A DNA stretch of 24,000 nucleotides, from assembly GCA_018968885.1 (NCBI GenBank), contig JAGWZK010000010.1, positions 80,194 to 104,193 of the forward strand, read 5' to 3'. Shown here piece after piece: positions 7,830-15,570 of the stretch. The stretch is from Planctomycetota bacterium (GTDB taxonomy: Bacteria; Planctomycetota; Phycisphaerae; Phycisphaerales; UBA1924). How positions within the stretch are numbered: position 1 is the stretch's first letter; each line of letters begins with the position of its first letter. Below the pieces are notes generated by a model that saw nothing but the letters and a program-made list of their open reading frames with translations, did no database searches and had not been told where the DNA came from. Made by a program: the position numbers and the translations under genes.

Positions 7830-8299
7830 CGCCCGCTGCTCCCGCTTGCCGTGCTAGCGCCATTCGACTGCTTCTTCTCATCCGCTTTCTTGGCATCCGG
7901 CTTCTTGGCATCCGGCTTCTTCGCCGTCGTCGAATTCGTGGGGGTTGTCGTGGTTCGCTTGTCCTTCTTGGCCGGAGGGATGTACCGCTTCGGAGGCGGC
8001 GGAGTCAAGCTCACGCTCACCACCCCGCCCTGCACCGGCGGTGGCACGCTCGCATCGGGCGCATCCGGCACCAGCGCGTGCAACTCCGCAACCTCACTGG
8101 CCATCATCTCAACACTCTGCGGATTGACCAGCCCGGCGATCTTGGCTCGCACCTTCCACAATTCCTCATCCTGCCGCTCGATTCGCAGCTGCGCCTTGGC
8201 CAATTCATGCGCTGCCTGCAGGCGTTGCTGACGCAAGGCCAGCAGCGATGCGCTGGCCGCACCCAGCCCGATCACGACTATCGCGACTTTGCCAAACAC
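7826..8299 (-). CDS. FtsL-like bitopic division protein with a Pro/Lys-rich C-terminal tail
   Basis: One TM segment (KVAIVVIGLGAASASLLAL), a coiled-coil segment (RQQRLQAAHELAKAQLRIERQDEELWKVRAKIAGL) and a position immediately 5' of ftsI with a 4-nt overlap. The track ORF starts at GTG 8323. GTG 8299 has a perfect AGGAG (8311-8307) 7 nt upstream, so I prefer it. The FtsL assignment rests on architecture and synteny, not sequence identity. Confidence 0.6.
   Translation of the reverse strand: MFGKVAIVVIGLGAASASLLALRQQRLQAAHELAKAQLRIERQDEELWKVRAKIAGLVNPQSVEMMASEVAELHALVPDAPDASVPPPVQGGVVSVSLTPPPPKRYIPPAKKDKRTTTTPTNSTTAKKPDAKKPDAKKADEKKQSNGASTASGSSGR
7876..7920 (-). repeat. 15-bp tandem repeat inside the ftsL-like tail (2 perfect copies plus 1 degenerate)
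   Basis: TGGCATCCGGCTTCT occurs at 7891-7905 and 7906-7920 (identical). An 11/15 copy lies at 7876-7890. The repeat encodes KKPDA-KKPDA-KKADE on the minus strand. Confidence 0.9.
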
Positions 8300-8332
8300 G
8301 CCCAAGCTCCTGTTCAGCCGCACCCGTCTAAA

Positions 8333-8365
8333 GACGCTGGCGGCCCCTTTCAGAGCCGCCGCGTC
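8333..8365 (-). promoter_or_regulatory. Strong stem-loop immediately 5' of the ftsL-like gene (attenuator or leaky terminator candidate)
   Basis: GACGC-T-GGCGGC (8333-8344) pairs with GCCGCCGCGTC (8355-8365), giving 11 Watson-Crick bp, one bulged base and a 10-nt loop. On the mRNA strand it is followed by UUUAGACGG. Confidence 0.4.
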
Positions 8366-8389
8366 ATCTCTCTATCCAAACATCTCTCT
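8365..8389 (-). repeat. 9-bp direct repeat CATCTCTCT (AGAGAGATG on the minus strand) x2 in the LysM/ftsL spacer
   Basis: Copies at 8365-8373 and 8381-8389, 16-bp period, in a 115-nt spacer (8300-8414). Confidence 0.6.
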
Positions 8390-8414
8390 CAAAATCCGAA
8401 ATCTGTTCAGCACT

Positions 8415-9362
8415 TCAGTTGGGAATGTTCAGAACCATTCCGATCTTCAGCGCGGCATCGTCTTCGATCTTGTTGAACTTCATCAACTCATCGGCCTTGC
8501 GGCTCGTGCCCAGAGTCTTCTGTGCGATCGCGCCGGGGGTGTCGCCCTTCTGCACGATGTACGTCTTGCCGTTGGCTGGTGTGCTGGGCTTGGTCGATGG
8601 CTTGGCCTGGGGCTTGGACTCCAGCTTGGGCTCGCTGCTCGCCACGCCGCTGACATCACCCGGCTTGGTGCCGCCCAACATCTCCACCGAGGGAATCCGC
8701 AGCTTCTGGCCGAGCTTCAGGGCCGCGGGGTTCTTCAGCGTCGCCGAATTGAACGCCGCCAGTTCCTTCCAGTACTTGGTCGAGCCGTAATACTTCTTGC
8801 AGATCACATACATCGTGTCGCCAGAAGCGACCGTGTGCATCTTTTCATTGGTCGATGGAGCAGTCGGACCCACTGGAGCCGGCGAAACCAACGTCGGCAC
8901 GGGAGTCACAGTGGTGGTTGGCTTATTCACATCGGGCCTGGTCGGGTCCGGAACAATCGTTCCTTGCGGATTCACACTCAAATCGGGCTCGACCGTGGTT
9001 CGAATCAGGGGCTGATCGGGAGTCTTGTTAAGCACTCCATCGACGCCGCCCACAATCGACGAACCACCATCATTCCATCCCGAGCCCTGACGGATGATCA
9101 CTGGCTCAGAACCACCCACCGGTGGCGGCACGGCCGCAGTCATACCACCCTGCTCAGGGTTCGTCGGCGTCAATTGCTCAGGAGGAGCTGGCTTCCACTC
9201 CGGAGCCGCCTTCATTGACACCTGGGTATCTCCCGCAGGAGTCGCCAAAGAGACTCGCCGGGCCTTGGAGAAGTAGTCGCTGACGAGAATCGTCACGACC
9301 AACACCAAAGAGAAGCCCACGATCAGCGCCAGTTTGAGTTCTCGAGTCACGTTCACACGCAT
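8415..9362 (-). CDS. Membrane-anchored protein with two C-terminal LysM (peptidoglycan-binding) domains
   Basis: The track start 9380 is a TTG; the first ATG is 9362 (MRVNVTRELKLALIVGFSLVLVVTILV = TM anchor). A long Pro/Thr-rich linker follows. LysM-1 is HTVASGDTMYVICKKYYGSTKYWKELAAFNSATLKNPAALKLGQKLRIP. LysM-2 is TYIVQKGDTPGAIAQKTLGTSRKADELMKFNKIEDDAALKIGMVLNIP. Confidence 0.85.
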   Translation of the reverse strand: MRVNVTRELKLALIVGFSLVLVVTILVSDYFSKARRVSLATPAGDTQVSMKAAPEWKPAPPEQLTPTNPEQGGMTAAVPPPVGGSEPVIIRQGSGWNDGGSSIVGGVDGVLNKTPDQPLIRTTVEPDLSVNPQGTIVPDPTRPDVNKPTTTVTPVPTLVSPAPVGPTAPSTNEKMHTVASGDTMYVICKKYYGSTKYWKELAAFNSATLKNPAALKLGQKLRIPSVEMLGGTKPGDVSGVASSEPKLESKPQAKPSTKPSTPANGKTYIVQKGDTPGAIAQKTLGTSRKADELMKFNKIEDDAALKIGMVLNIPN

Positions 9363-9533
9363 CCTTGCGCTTGCGATCAATCATCGGAGATCCCGATCAT
9401 CGATCCTTGTTCATTCGCCGACGGCCTGCTTCGAAACTCATCGAAGCCCAACCGCGAAGTGCATCCATGCCTCCCGACCGGTCGTCCGCCCTTCAAAACA
9501 AATCGTGCGAAAAACCTTTCGGTCAGTTCACAC

Positions 9534-9562
9534 ATTCTACCAGCAACCAACATGCCTGCACA
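9534..9562 (-). promoter_or_regulatory. Candidate sigma70-type promoter for the LysM/ftsL/ftsI unit
   Basis: The minus strand reads TGTGCA (9562-9557), a 17-nt spacer ending in TGg, then TAGAAT (9539-9534). That gives 4/6 at the -35, 5/6 at the -10 and an extended -10 TG. It lies in the 212-bp gap (9363-9574) after the rsmH stop. Prediction by eye only. Confidence 0.3.
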
Positions 9563-9574
9563 CATTCAACCCAC

Positions 9575-10495
9575 CTAAACGACACGAATCGCTCTCATCT
9601 TTGCTGACCTTGATCTTGGGTTGGCACTCTGCTCCGCTTCGCTCGCCCGGATCAGCCCATGCTCATCCTCTACCAATCCCTGCTTCACCAACCCCGCAAA
9701 CGCCTCCTTCACCCGCCGATCCTCCAGCGAGTGAAATGAGATAATCGCCACCCGCGCGCCCAGTGCCAGCCATGACCTTCCGCCCCCCACCCCTCGAATC
9801 GCGGCATCCATCCCCGCAAGGAACGCATCCAGCGACCCCAGTTCGTCGTTCACCGCGATCCGCAAGGCCTGAAACGCGCGAGTGGCGGGGTGGATCCGAA
9901 CATGTTCAGGGTTCCACGGCACCGCCGCCTTCACAATCTCAGCCAACTGCGATGTACTTTGAATCGGCGTTTCCCGCCTGGCTTGAACGATTTTTCGCGC
10001 GATCTTTGCGGCTTGATTTTCCTCGCCCAAGTCGGCGATCATCTTGGTCAATTCGCCTTCCGGTGCCCGATTCACCAGATCCGCTGCCGTGAGCCCTTTA
10101 CTGGGGTCCAATCGCATGTCTAACGGGCCATCTCGCATAAACGACAGCCCTCGATCGGCATCATCCACCTGTGAACTGGCAAAGCCAAGATCCGCAAGAA
10201 CCATGTCGGCCGCAATCCCCCGCTCTGTCAATGCCCAGGGCAGCTCGGCAAAGTTCCCGTGAATCGCCGTCACTGGCGTTCCGGTTGCCTCAACCGTCGC
10301 CGTCGCCCGCTTCAGGTTTCCTGCGTCCAGGTCATTCAGCACCACTCGCCCGGCCGAGCCGAGGATCGCACCCACCGCCGCCGCGTGACCACCCAGCCCC
10401 GCCGTGCAATCGACGCATGTCTCCCCCGGCTTGGGGTGCAAGACCCGGAGTACCTCGTCCATCAAGACTGGGATGTGGCCGAAGCGGTCAGACAT
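9575..10495 (-). CDS. rsmH: 16S rRNA (cytosine1402-N4)-methyltransferase RsmH (MraW)
   Basis: HIPVLMDEVL, DCTAGLGGHA, ADLGFASSQVDDADRGLSFMRDGPLDMRLD and IISFHSLEDRRVK are all hallmark RsmH blocks. ATG start at 10495. Confidence 0.95.
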   Translation of the reverse strand: MSDRFGHIPVLMDEVLRVLHPKPGETCVDCTAGLGGHAAAVGAILGSAGRVVLNDLDAGNLKRATATVEATGTPVTAIHGNFAELPWALTERGIAADMVLADLGFASSQVDDADRGLSFMRDGPLDMRLDPSKGLTAADLVNRAPEGELTKMIADLGEENQAAKIARKIVQARRETPIQSTSQLAEIVKAAVPWNPEHVRIHPATRAFQALRIAVNDELGSLDAFLAGMDAAIRGVGGGRSWLALGARVAIISFHSLEDRRVKEAFAGLVKQGLVEDEHGLIRASEAEQSANPRSRSAKMRAIRVV

Positions 10496-10574
10496 GGAGC
10501 AAGAGTAAACCGCACACAGCCGCGGCGGGCTTTGCGACAGTGCCCTAGTGAACGCCAGATTTCGACTGTCCGCC

Positions 10575-11969
10575 TTAGCTCGACCGCTTCTCGCTCTTCT
10601 TCGTCGTCTTGGCTGGCGTCTTTGACGGTGCCTTCGCAGGTGTCTTGGCAGGGGACTTCGCAGCCGTCTTGCTCGCAGCTGGCTTCACGCCCGCCTTCGC
10701 GTCCTTACGCGCCTGCGTGATCGACTCGGCCGAGGGTTGGTCATCCACCAGATCCGGCGTGGCGGTCGCAGCGATGTTGATCTCAACCGGGTGCACGCCA
10801 CTGATATCAATCGCGGCTCGCTTGGCATCGATTGATCCAAACCGCTTGTAAATCTCGCCAATGCGGGCCAACTTGGCCTTGGTCGAAGTCTCACCCAAGA
10901 GGGGTTGCGAAGGCCGGCCACCGAAGACGATCCGCGACTCATCACGGGTCAGAATCGTCAGCGACTTGGTGCTCAGATAGTCGCGGGCATCGATGCCACC
11001 GACTTGCTTACCCCACGGTTGCTCGCTCACCGTCCGCAGCAGTTCCAGTGCGGCATCCAGGGTCTCATTCTGCGGCGCATCCGCACTGGTCCACCTCGAG
11101 TTGTAATCGATCTGACCATCCGTCTGCATCACCGGACGTGTGCCCAAGCCCACAATCCGTGGCAGCGCACTCGTCCCCGGGCGATACGTCACCGGCATCG
11201 GATGCCCGGTCGAAGAAATCAACTGCTCGACTTCATCCACATCATGCTCGGTGGGCTTAAAGACAATCGTCGCCACCGGAATCCGCCATGTGCCGCTGAC
11301 GCGGATGGTGTTCTCGTTGCTGCGGGCCACCGTGGGCATGCCATCAAACCAGCCACTGCGTTCCAAGGCAATACCGACAGACACCAACGGATCGCGGCTA
11401 AAAACTGCCGGGTCCTGACCAAGATTGGCCTGAATCAGCGTCGTGACTTCATCCTGAAACTGCTTGGGAAGCCAGGTTTCCTTGGGGGCATCAAGAGTGA
11501 CATTCTCTTTGCCAGCTTCCTTCATTGAGGCAGTACGGACAGTGCCGTTGCCGCTGGGTGATTGTCCGATGCCATTGGCCTCGGCGATCTTCTTTGCCTG
11601 GGCGACGGCATCATCAACGATGGTCTTAGGTGCCTCTTTACCCGCGGGTGGCTCGGTGCCGGGCCACACGACATCGACCTTGAGTGGGCTGGCGACCACC
11701 GACTGCCGCGCGGTGCGGTGCAGTGGGCGGTAGCCAATCACAATACCGCCAACGACGGCAATGGCCATGCACACGATCAGAATTGTTGCGACGTGCTGGG
11801 CAAACATGCCCCAGCGGAATGGCGCGGGGCCAGATTCGCTAGTGCCGGCGGCATCAGGAATCGCGTCGCTGGCAACCGTGTCGCCGCTTCCAGTAGCGAC
11901 CTCAGCCGCAGGCGCGGCGTCTGTCACTTCGGGCGCAATTGGATTGGTGTGGTCCTGCTGTCCGTCCAT
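10575..11969 (-). CDS. ftsQ: FtsQ/DivIB-like division protein (POTRA plus beta domain) with an insertion and a Lys/Ala/Pro-rich tail
   Basis: ATG 11969 is preceded by GGAG 6 nt upstream. The layout is an acidic N-terminus, one TM (ILIVCMAIAVVGGIVIGY), a POTRA-like segment (...LVSVGIALERSGWFDGMPTVARSNENTIRVSGTWRIPVATI) and an FtsQ-type C-domain (SLTILTRDESRIVFGG...KLARIGEIYKRF...AAIDISGVHPVEINI). The position after ddl matches canonical synteny. The tail is KPAASKTAAKSPAKTPAKAPSKTPAKTTKKSEKRSS. Confidence 0.7.
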   Translation of the reverse strand: MDGQQDHTNPIAPEVTDAAPAAEVATGSGDTVASDAIPDAAGTSESGPAPFRWGMFAQHVATILIVCMAIAVVGGIVIGYRPLHRTARQSVVASPLKVDVVWPGTEPPAGKEAPKTIVDDAVAQAKKIAEANGIGQSPSGNGTVRTASMKEAGKENVTLDAPKETWLPKQFQDEVTTLIQANLGQDPAVFSRDPLVSVGIALERSGWFDGMPTVARSNENTIRVSGTWRIPVATIVFKPTEHDVDEVEQLISSTGHPMPVTYRPGTSALPRIVGLGTRPVMQTDGQIDYNSRWTSADAPQNETLDAALELLRTVSEQPWGKQVGGIDARDYLSTKSLTILTRDESRIVFGGRPSQPLLGETSTKAKLARIGEIYKRFGSIDAKRAAIDISGVHPVEINIAATATPDLVDDQPSAESITQARKDAKAGVKPAASKTAAKSPAKTPAKAPSKTPAKTTKKSEKRSS

Positions 11970-12061
11970 GGCGCGCTCCGACTGGTGCGAATCTGCCGCA
12001 CTTTGGACACTGCCTTCCCTGACAGTGCCCGGCGCGGTTGAGATCTAATCCGATACATCTT

Positions 12062-13000
12062 CTATCGGCTCAGACCATCCCGCAAGGCACACTGTATCAG
12101 CCGCTCACAGAGTTGGGGATAAGAAAGCCCGAATCTCTCGGCGGCCATCGGCAGCAGCGAGTGGCTGGTGAACCCCGGAAGGGTGTTGACCTCCAGCAGC
12201 CAGGGTGTGCTGCGCTGATCCAGCAGGAAATCCACGCGGCAGAGGTGCCGGACACCCAGCGTCTTGGCCACCGACTGGGCGGCGTGGAAGACCTGATCAG
12301 CAACGCCAGCGGGTAACTTTGGGTCCACGACATAGCCAGTGTCGTCGGAGTGGTACTTGGCGTTGTAGTCGTAGAACTCGGCCTTGGGGGTGATAGCGAC
12401 GATGGGCAATCGGGGGTTGTCCCCTTGCGGGTCAAGCACTCCCTGAGTCAACTCCATCGCCGGGACGTAGCGTTCGACCATGTAGGTGCGGGTGGGGTTC
12501 TGCTGGAGATCGGCTCGAATGGCAGCAATCGCCTTCTCCCACTGGCTGGCATCCTTACAAATATGCACGCCGACGCTGGAACCCTCATGGATGGGCTTAG
12601 CCACCACCGGAAGAGGGAGGGGGCAGGCGGGATCGCGGGTGTTGAGGATGGCGAACTCGGCCGTGGCGACACCAGCACGAAGAGCAACCGCCTTGGTCGC
12701 CACCTTGTCCATCGCCAGGCGTGCCGCCGGGCCGCGGCAGCCCACAAACGGACGCCCCAGATCAGCCAGCAAGTCTTGCAACGGTCCACCCTCACCCCAT
12801 GGCCCGTGAAGAACCGGAAAGACGAGGTCGCCGGGCATGGCACGAAGGTCTGAGAGTGATGGACGGTTGAGGGTGTGGGCGTAAACCGTGAAACCAAGTG
12901 AGGCCAACGCCTCGGCAACGCCCTTGGCACCATCGAGACTCACTTCGCGCTCGGCATCGGGGCCGCCCCCCAGCACCAGAATGGATGGTTTTTCGCCCAT
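12062..13000 (-). CDS. ddl: D-alanine--D-alanine ligase
   Basis: ILVLGGGPDAEREVSL at the N-terminus, an ATP-grasp core (VVAKPIHEGSSVGVHIC) and the C-terminal CRVDFLLD...PWLLEVNTLPGFTSHSL. The track start 13012 is a TTG; the first ATG is 13000. Confidence 0.93.
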   Translation of the reverse strand: MGEKPSILVLGGGPDAEREVSLDGAKGVAEALASLGFTVYAHTLNRPSLSDLRAMPGDLVFPVLHGPWGEGGPLQDLLADLGRPFVGCRGPAARLAMDKVATKAVALRAGVATAEFAILNTRDPACPLPLPVVAKPIHEGSSVGVHICKDASQWEKAIAAIRADLQQNPTRTYMVERYVPAMELTQGVLDPQGDNPRLPIVAITPKAEFYDYNAKYHSDDTGYVVDPKLPAGVADQVFHAAQSVAKTLGVRHLCRVDFLLDQRSTPWLLEVNTLPGFTSHSLLPMAAERFGLSYPQLCERLIQCALRDGLSR

Positions 13001-13015
13001 GGGTGAGATCAACTT

Positions 13016-13933
13016 TCAGTCTGTGTGCCGCGACCAGATGACGACTTCGCGATGGAGTTGGATGCCGCAGGTGTCGTGCACGCGGCGGGTGATTTCAGCG
13101 AGGAGTGCGATGACATCGCGGGCCTTGGCGTCTTTGGTGGTCACGACGAAGTTGGCGTGCTGAGGTGAGACGCTGGCACCGCCGATGGCGAGCCCTTTGA
13201 GGCCCGCGCGATCGATGATGAGCCCTGCACCGACGCGAGTGCCGGGTGCGAACTCCTGAAATGCCTCCATCAGCGTGGGGTTCTTAAAGCAGCAACCGGC
13301 GCTGGAGGCACTAAGGGGTTGGCTGGCTTTTTTGAACTCCATGATCTCGCGCTGGCGGAGTTTGAGTGCTGCGATGTCTGCGCCTGGTTGCAGTTGCAAT
13401 TCCACGCTGGTGACGATCGTGTCGCCAAGGCCGCTGGAGCGATAGGTGAAGGGAATGTCTGCGCGTTCGAGCGTGCGTTGACGGCCGTTGCGATCGATGA
13501 TGTGGACGCGCTGGACGAACTGAGAAATCTCGCCATGACGACCACCGGCGTTCATGGCGATACAGCCACCCAAAGTGGCGGGGAAACCGGCGAGCGCTTC
13601 GAGACCGGCACAACCGACGTTGACACAGTCGTTGATGAGCTTAGGGAGCTTGTAGCCAGCGCCAACGTGGACTGCGCCGGTGGCTGAATCAATGCGGGCC
13701 TGATTGAATTCACCACCAAGGGCCAAAACCAAATCAGCCACGCCATCGTCATCGACGAGAAGATTGGCACCATCGCCGAGGGTGCGGGCGCCGGGATCGA
13801 TGTCGAGGGCGGTACGGAGCTGGGCGAGAGAATCGATGCGCGCAAATCGTTCGGCAGTGCCGCCGATCTGGAACCACGTCGGGATCGGCGCAGGGCCGAT
13901 CGTCAGTTCTGGTTTCATCACTGCGCCTGCCAT
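13016..13933 (-). CDS. murB: UDP-N-acetylenolpyruvoylglucosamine reductase
   Basis: FAD-binding domain (FQIGGTAERF, LGDGANLLVDD) and the MurB C-terminal SAGCCFKNP...AGLIIDRAGLKG...GGASVSPQHANFVV. The track start 13996 is a GTG overlapping murC. ATG 13933 is preceded by GAGAGTGAGAGAG and avoids the overlap. Confidence 0.93.
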   Translation of the reverse strand: MAGAVMKPELTIGPAPIPTWFQIGGTAERFARIDSLAQLRTALDIDPGARTLGDGANLLVDDDGVADLVLALGGEFNQARIDSATGAVHVGAGYKLPKLINDCVNVGCAGLEALAGFPATLGGCIAMNAGGRHGEISQFVQRVHIIDRNGRQRTLERADIPFTYRSSGLGDTIVTSVELQLQPGADIAALKLRQREIMEFKKASQPLSASSAGCCFKNPTLMEAFQEFAPGTRVGAGLIIDRAGLKGLAIGGASVSPQHANFVVTTKDAKARDVIALLAEITRRVHDTCGIQLHREVVIWSRHTD

Positions 13934-13959
13934 GACTCTCTCACTCTCGGATGCGATCT

Positions 13960-15570
13960 TCAGATGACGCCGCAGTATTCGTAGGCGACCTTCCACACCG
14001 GTCCAGCGCCCATGACGACGATGAGGTCGCCGGGGCGGGCAGCAGCGCGAAGCTCGGCGACGATCTGCGCGAACTCGGCGATGTGCCGCGCCGCCTTGCC
14101 TCGCTGCATCAGCAGGCGCACCAGATCCGCCGATGACACCGCCAACTTGTCTTCAATGCTGTCGCGAACGAAATAAATATCCGGAAGCAGAACGACATCG
14201 GCCTCGTCAAACGCACTGGCAAACTCATTCAAGAGGTGCCGCGTGCGGCTGTGCTGATGGGGCTGAAAGACACAGATCAGTCGGCCGCCACGATCCTGAG
14301 GTCCCTCAAACTCGCGCAGGGCTCGCAAGGTCACTTCGATTTCCGTCGGATGATGGCCGTAATCGTCATACACCCGCACTGGCAACCCGCCCGACTCCAC
14401 CATCACTTCGCCGATCAACTGGCTGCGGCGATCGATGCCGCGGAAGTGCGAAGCGGATTGGGCAAGGGCACTGACATCACCACCCGCGCGCAGGGCCAGC
14501 ACCATGGCGGTGGCGGCGTTCAGGGCGTTGTGCGCACCGGGAATCTGCATTTGCCATTGGGCGATCTGACCACTGAAGCCCTTGGCACTCCGGCTGATGA
14601 GGGTGACGTGGCGAGTTGCAGGTTCGTATTCGACGACCCAATCGGCCTGGGGGTTGTGACCGATGGTTTCGACCAAGCAGGGAAGGCCGGAGGCGACTTC
14701 GCGGCGGTGCGCACCATCATGCCCGATCAGAAGATAACCACCCTCAGATTCGGCGGGGATGAGTGAGGCAAACTGGCGAAAGCTCTCAATGACAGCATCC
14801 AGAGAGCCGTAGACATCGAGATGGTCGGCCTCGACACTGGTGATGCAGGCCATGAGGGGGCGAAAGTTGTGAAAGCTGCGTTCGTATTCGCACGCCTCGG
14901 CGACCAGAATGCCGGGCTTGCCAGCCAGAGGCCCCGTGGGGATCGCGGGCTTGCCAAATCGGAAGCCACTCCCCTGCGCGCCAGCAGGAGTCTGCAGGCA
15001 CCCTTGCCACAACTGCTTGCAGGTGGCACCAACGATGACGGAGGGTTCGAGATCGGCATCGACGAGCATGCAGCCGAGCAACGCGGTGGTGGTGCTTTTG
15101 CCATGGGTTCCGGCAATAGCGATGCCGGTACGGCCGAGCATGCAGCCGCCCAGGGCCTGGGCGTACAGCTTGATGGGGATATCGCGACGCAGGGCGGCTT
15201 GCCACTCAGGATGATCGGGCTTGATGGCTGCGCTCGCGACGACGAGATCGCATTGAGGAGGAAGCAGACCGGCCTTTTGATCAAAGAGAACCTCGATGCC
15301 CAAGTCCTGGAGTTGGCGGGTTTCCTTGCCGGGGGCCATGTCAGAGCCGGAAACGGACGCCCCGCGCGAAGCCAGGAGACGAGCCAGACCGGACATTCCG
15401 CAGCCACCGATACCGATCATGTAGACGTGTTTGCCTCGGACATCGAATTTGTCAGTCTGGCGGAGGTCACTGGGACTGCGAACCAGGCGCGGCTCCACTT
15501 CTACGGGTCGGAGAGAAGTGGAAGGGATGGAGGAGGATGGATTCATGCGATGCCGCGGCACTTGGGACAT
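13960..15570 (-). CDS. murC: UDP-N-acetylmuramate--L-alanine ligase
   Basis: HVYMIGIGGCGMSGLARLL, the P-loop IAIAGTHGKSTTTALL and the Mur-ligase C-domain DDYGHHPTEI. The start is uncertain: in-frame ATGs at 15699, 15570 and 15546, plus GTG 15702, and none has a clear Shine-Dalgarno sequence. The stop at 13960 is firm. Confidence 0.9.
   Translation of the reverse strand: MSQVPRHRMNPSSSIPSTSLRPVEVEPRLVRSPSDLRQTDKFDVRGKHVYMIGIGGCGMSGLARLLASRGASVSGSDMAPGKETRQLQDLGIEVLFDQKAGLLPPQCDLVVASAAIKPDHPEWQAALRRDIPIKLYAQALGGCMLGRTGIAIAGTHGKSTTTALLGCMLVDADLEPSVIVGATCKQLWQGCLQTPAGAQGSGFRFGKPAIPTGPLAGKPGILVAEACEYERSFHNFRPLMACITSVEADHLDVYGSLDAVIESFRQFASLIPAESEGGYLLIGHDGAHRREVASGLPCLVETIGHNPQADWVVEYEPATRHVTLISRSAKGFSGQIAQWQMQIPGAHNALNAATAMVLALRAGGDVSALAQSASHFRGIDRRSQLIGEVMVESGGLPVRVYDDYGHHPTEIEVTLRALREFEGPQDRGGRLICVFQPHQHSRTRHLLNEFASAFDEADVVLLPDIYFVRDSIEDKLAVSSADLVRLLMQRGKAARHIAEFAQIVAELRAAARPGDLIVVMGAGPVWKVAYEYCGVI

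Noticed and set aside
10496-10574. Expected mraZ gene or MraZ-box repeats upstream of rsmH.
   Set aside because: Only 79 bp separate rsmH from the ftsQ-like stop. There is no ORF and no tandem GTGGG-type repeats.
10536-12030. Shared 10-mer GACAGTGCCC (GGGCACTGTC on the minus strand) at 10536-10545 upstream of rsmH and at 12021-12030 upstream of the ftsQ-like gene. The second copy is part of an imperfect hairpin spanning 12005-12029.
   Set aside because: A 9/10 copy also occurs inside thiE coding sequence (18284-18292), and the 7-mer core is frequent in this GC-rich window. Significance cannot be established without genome-wide motif counts.
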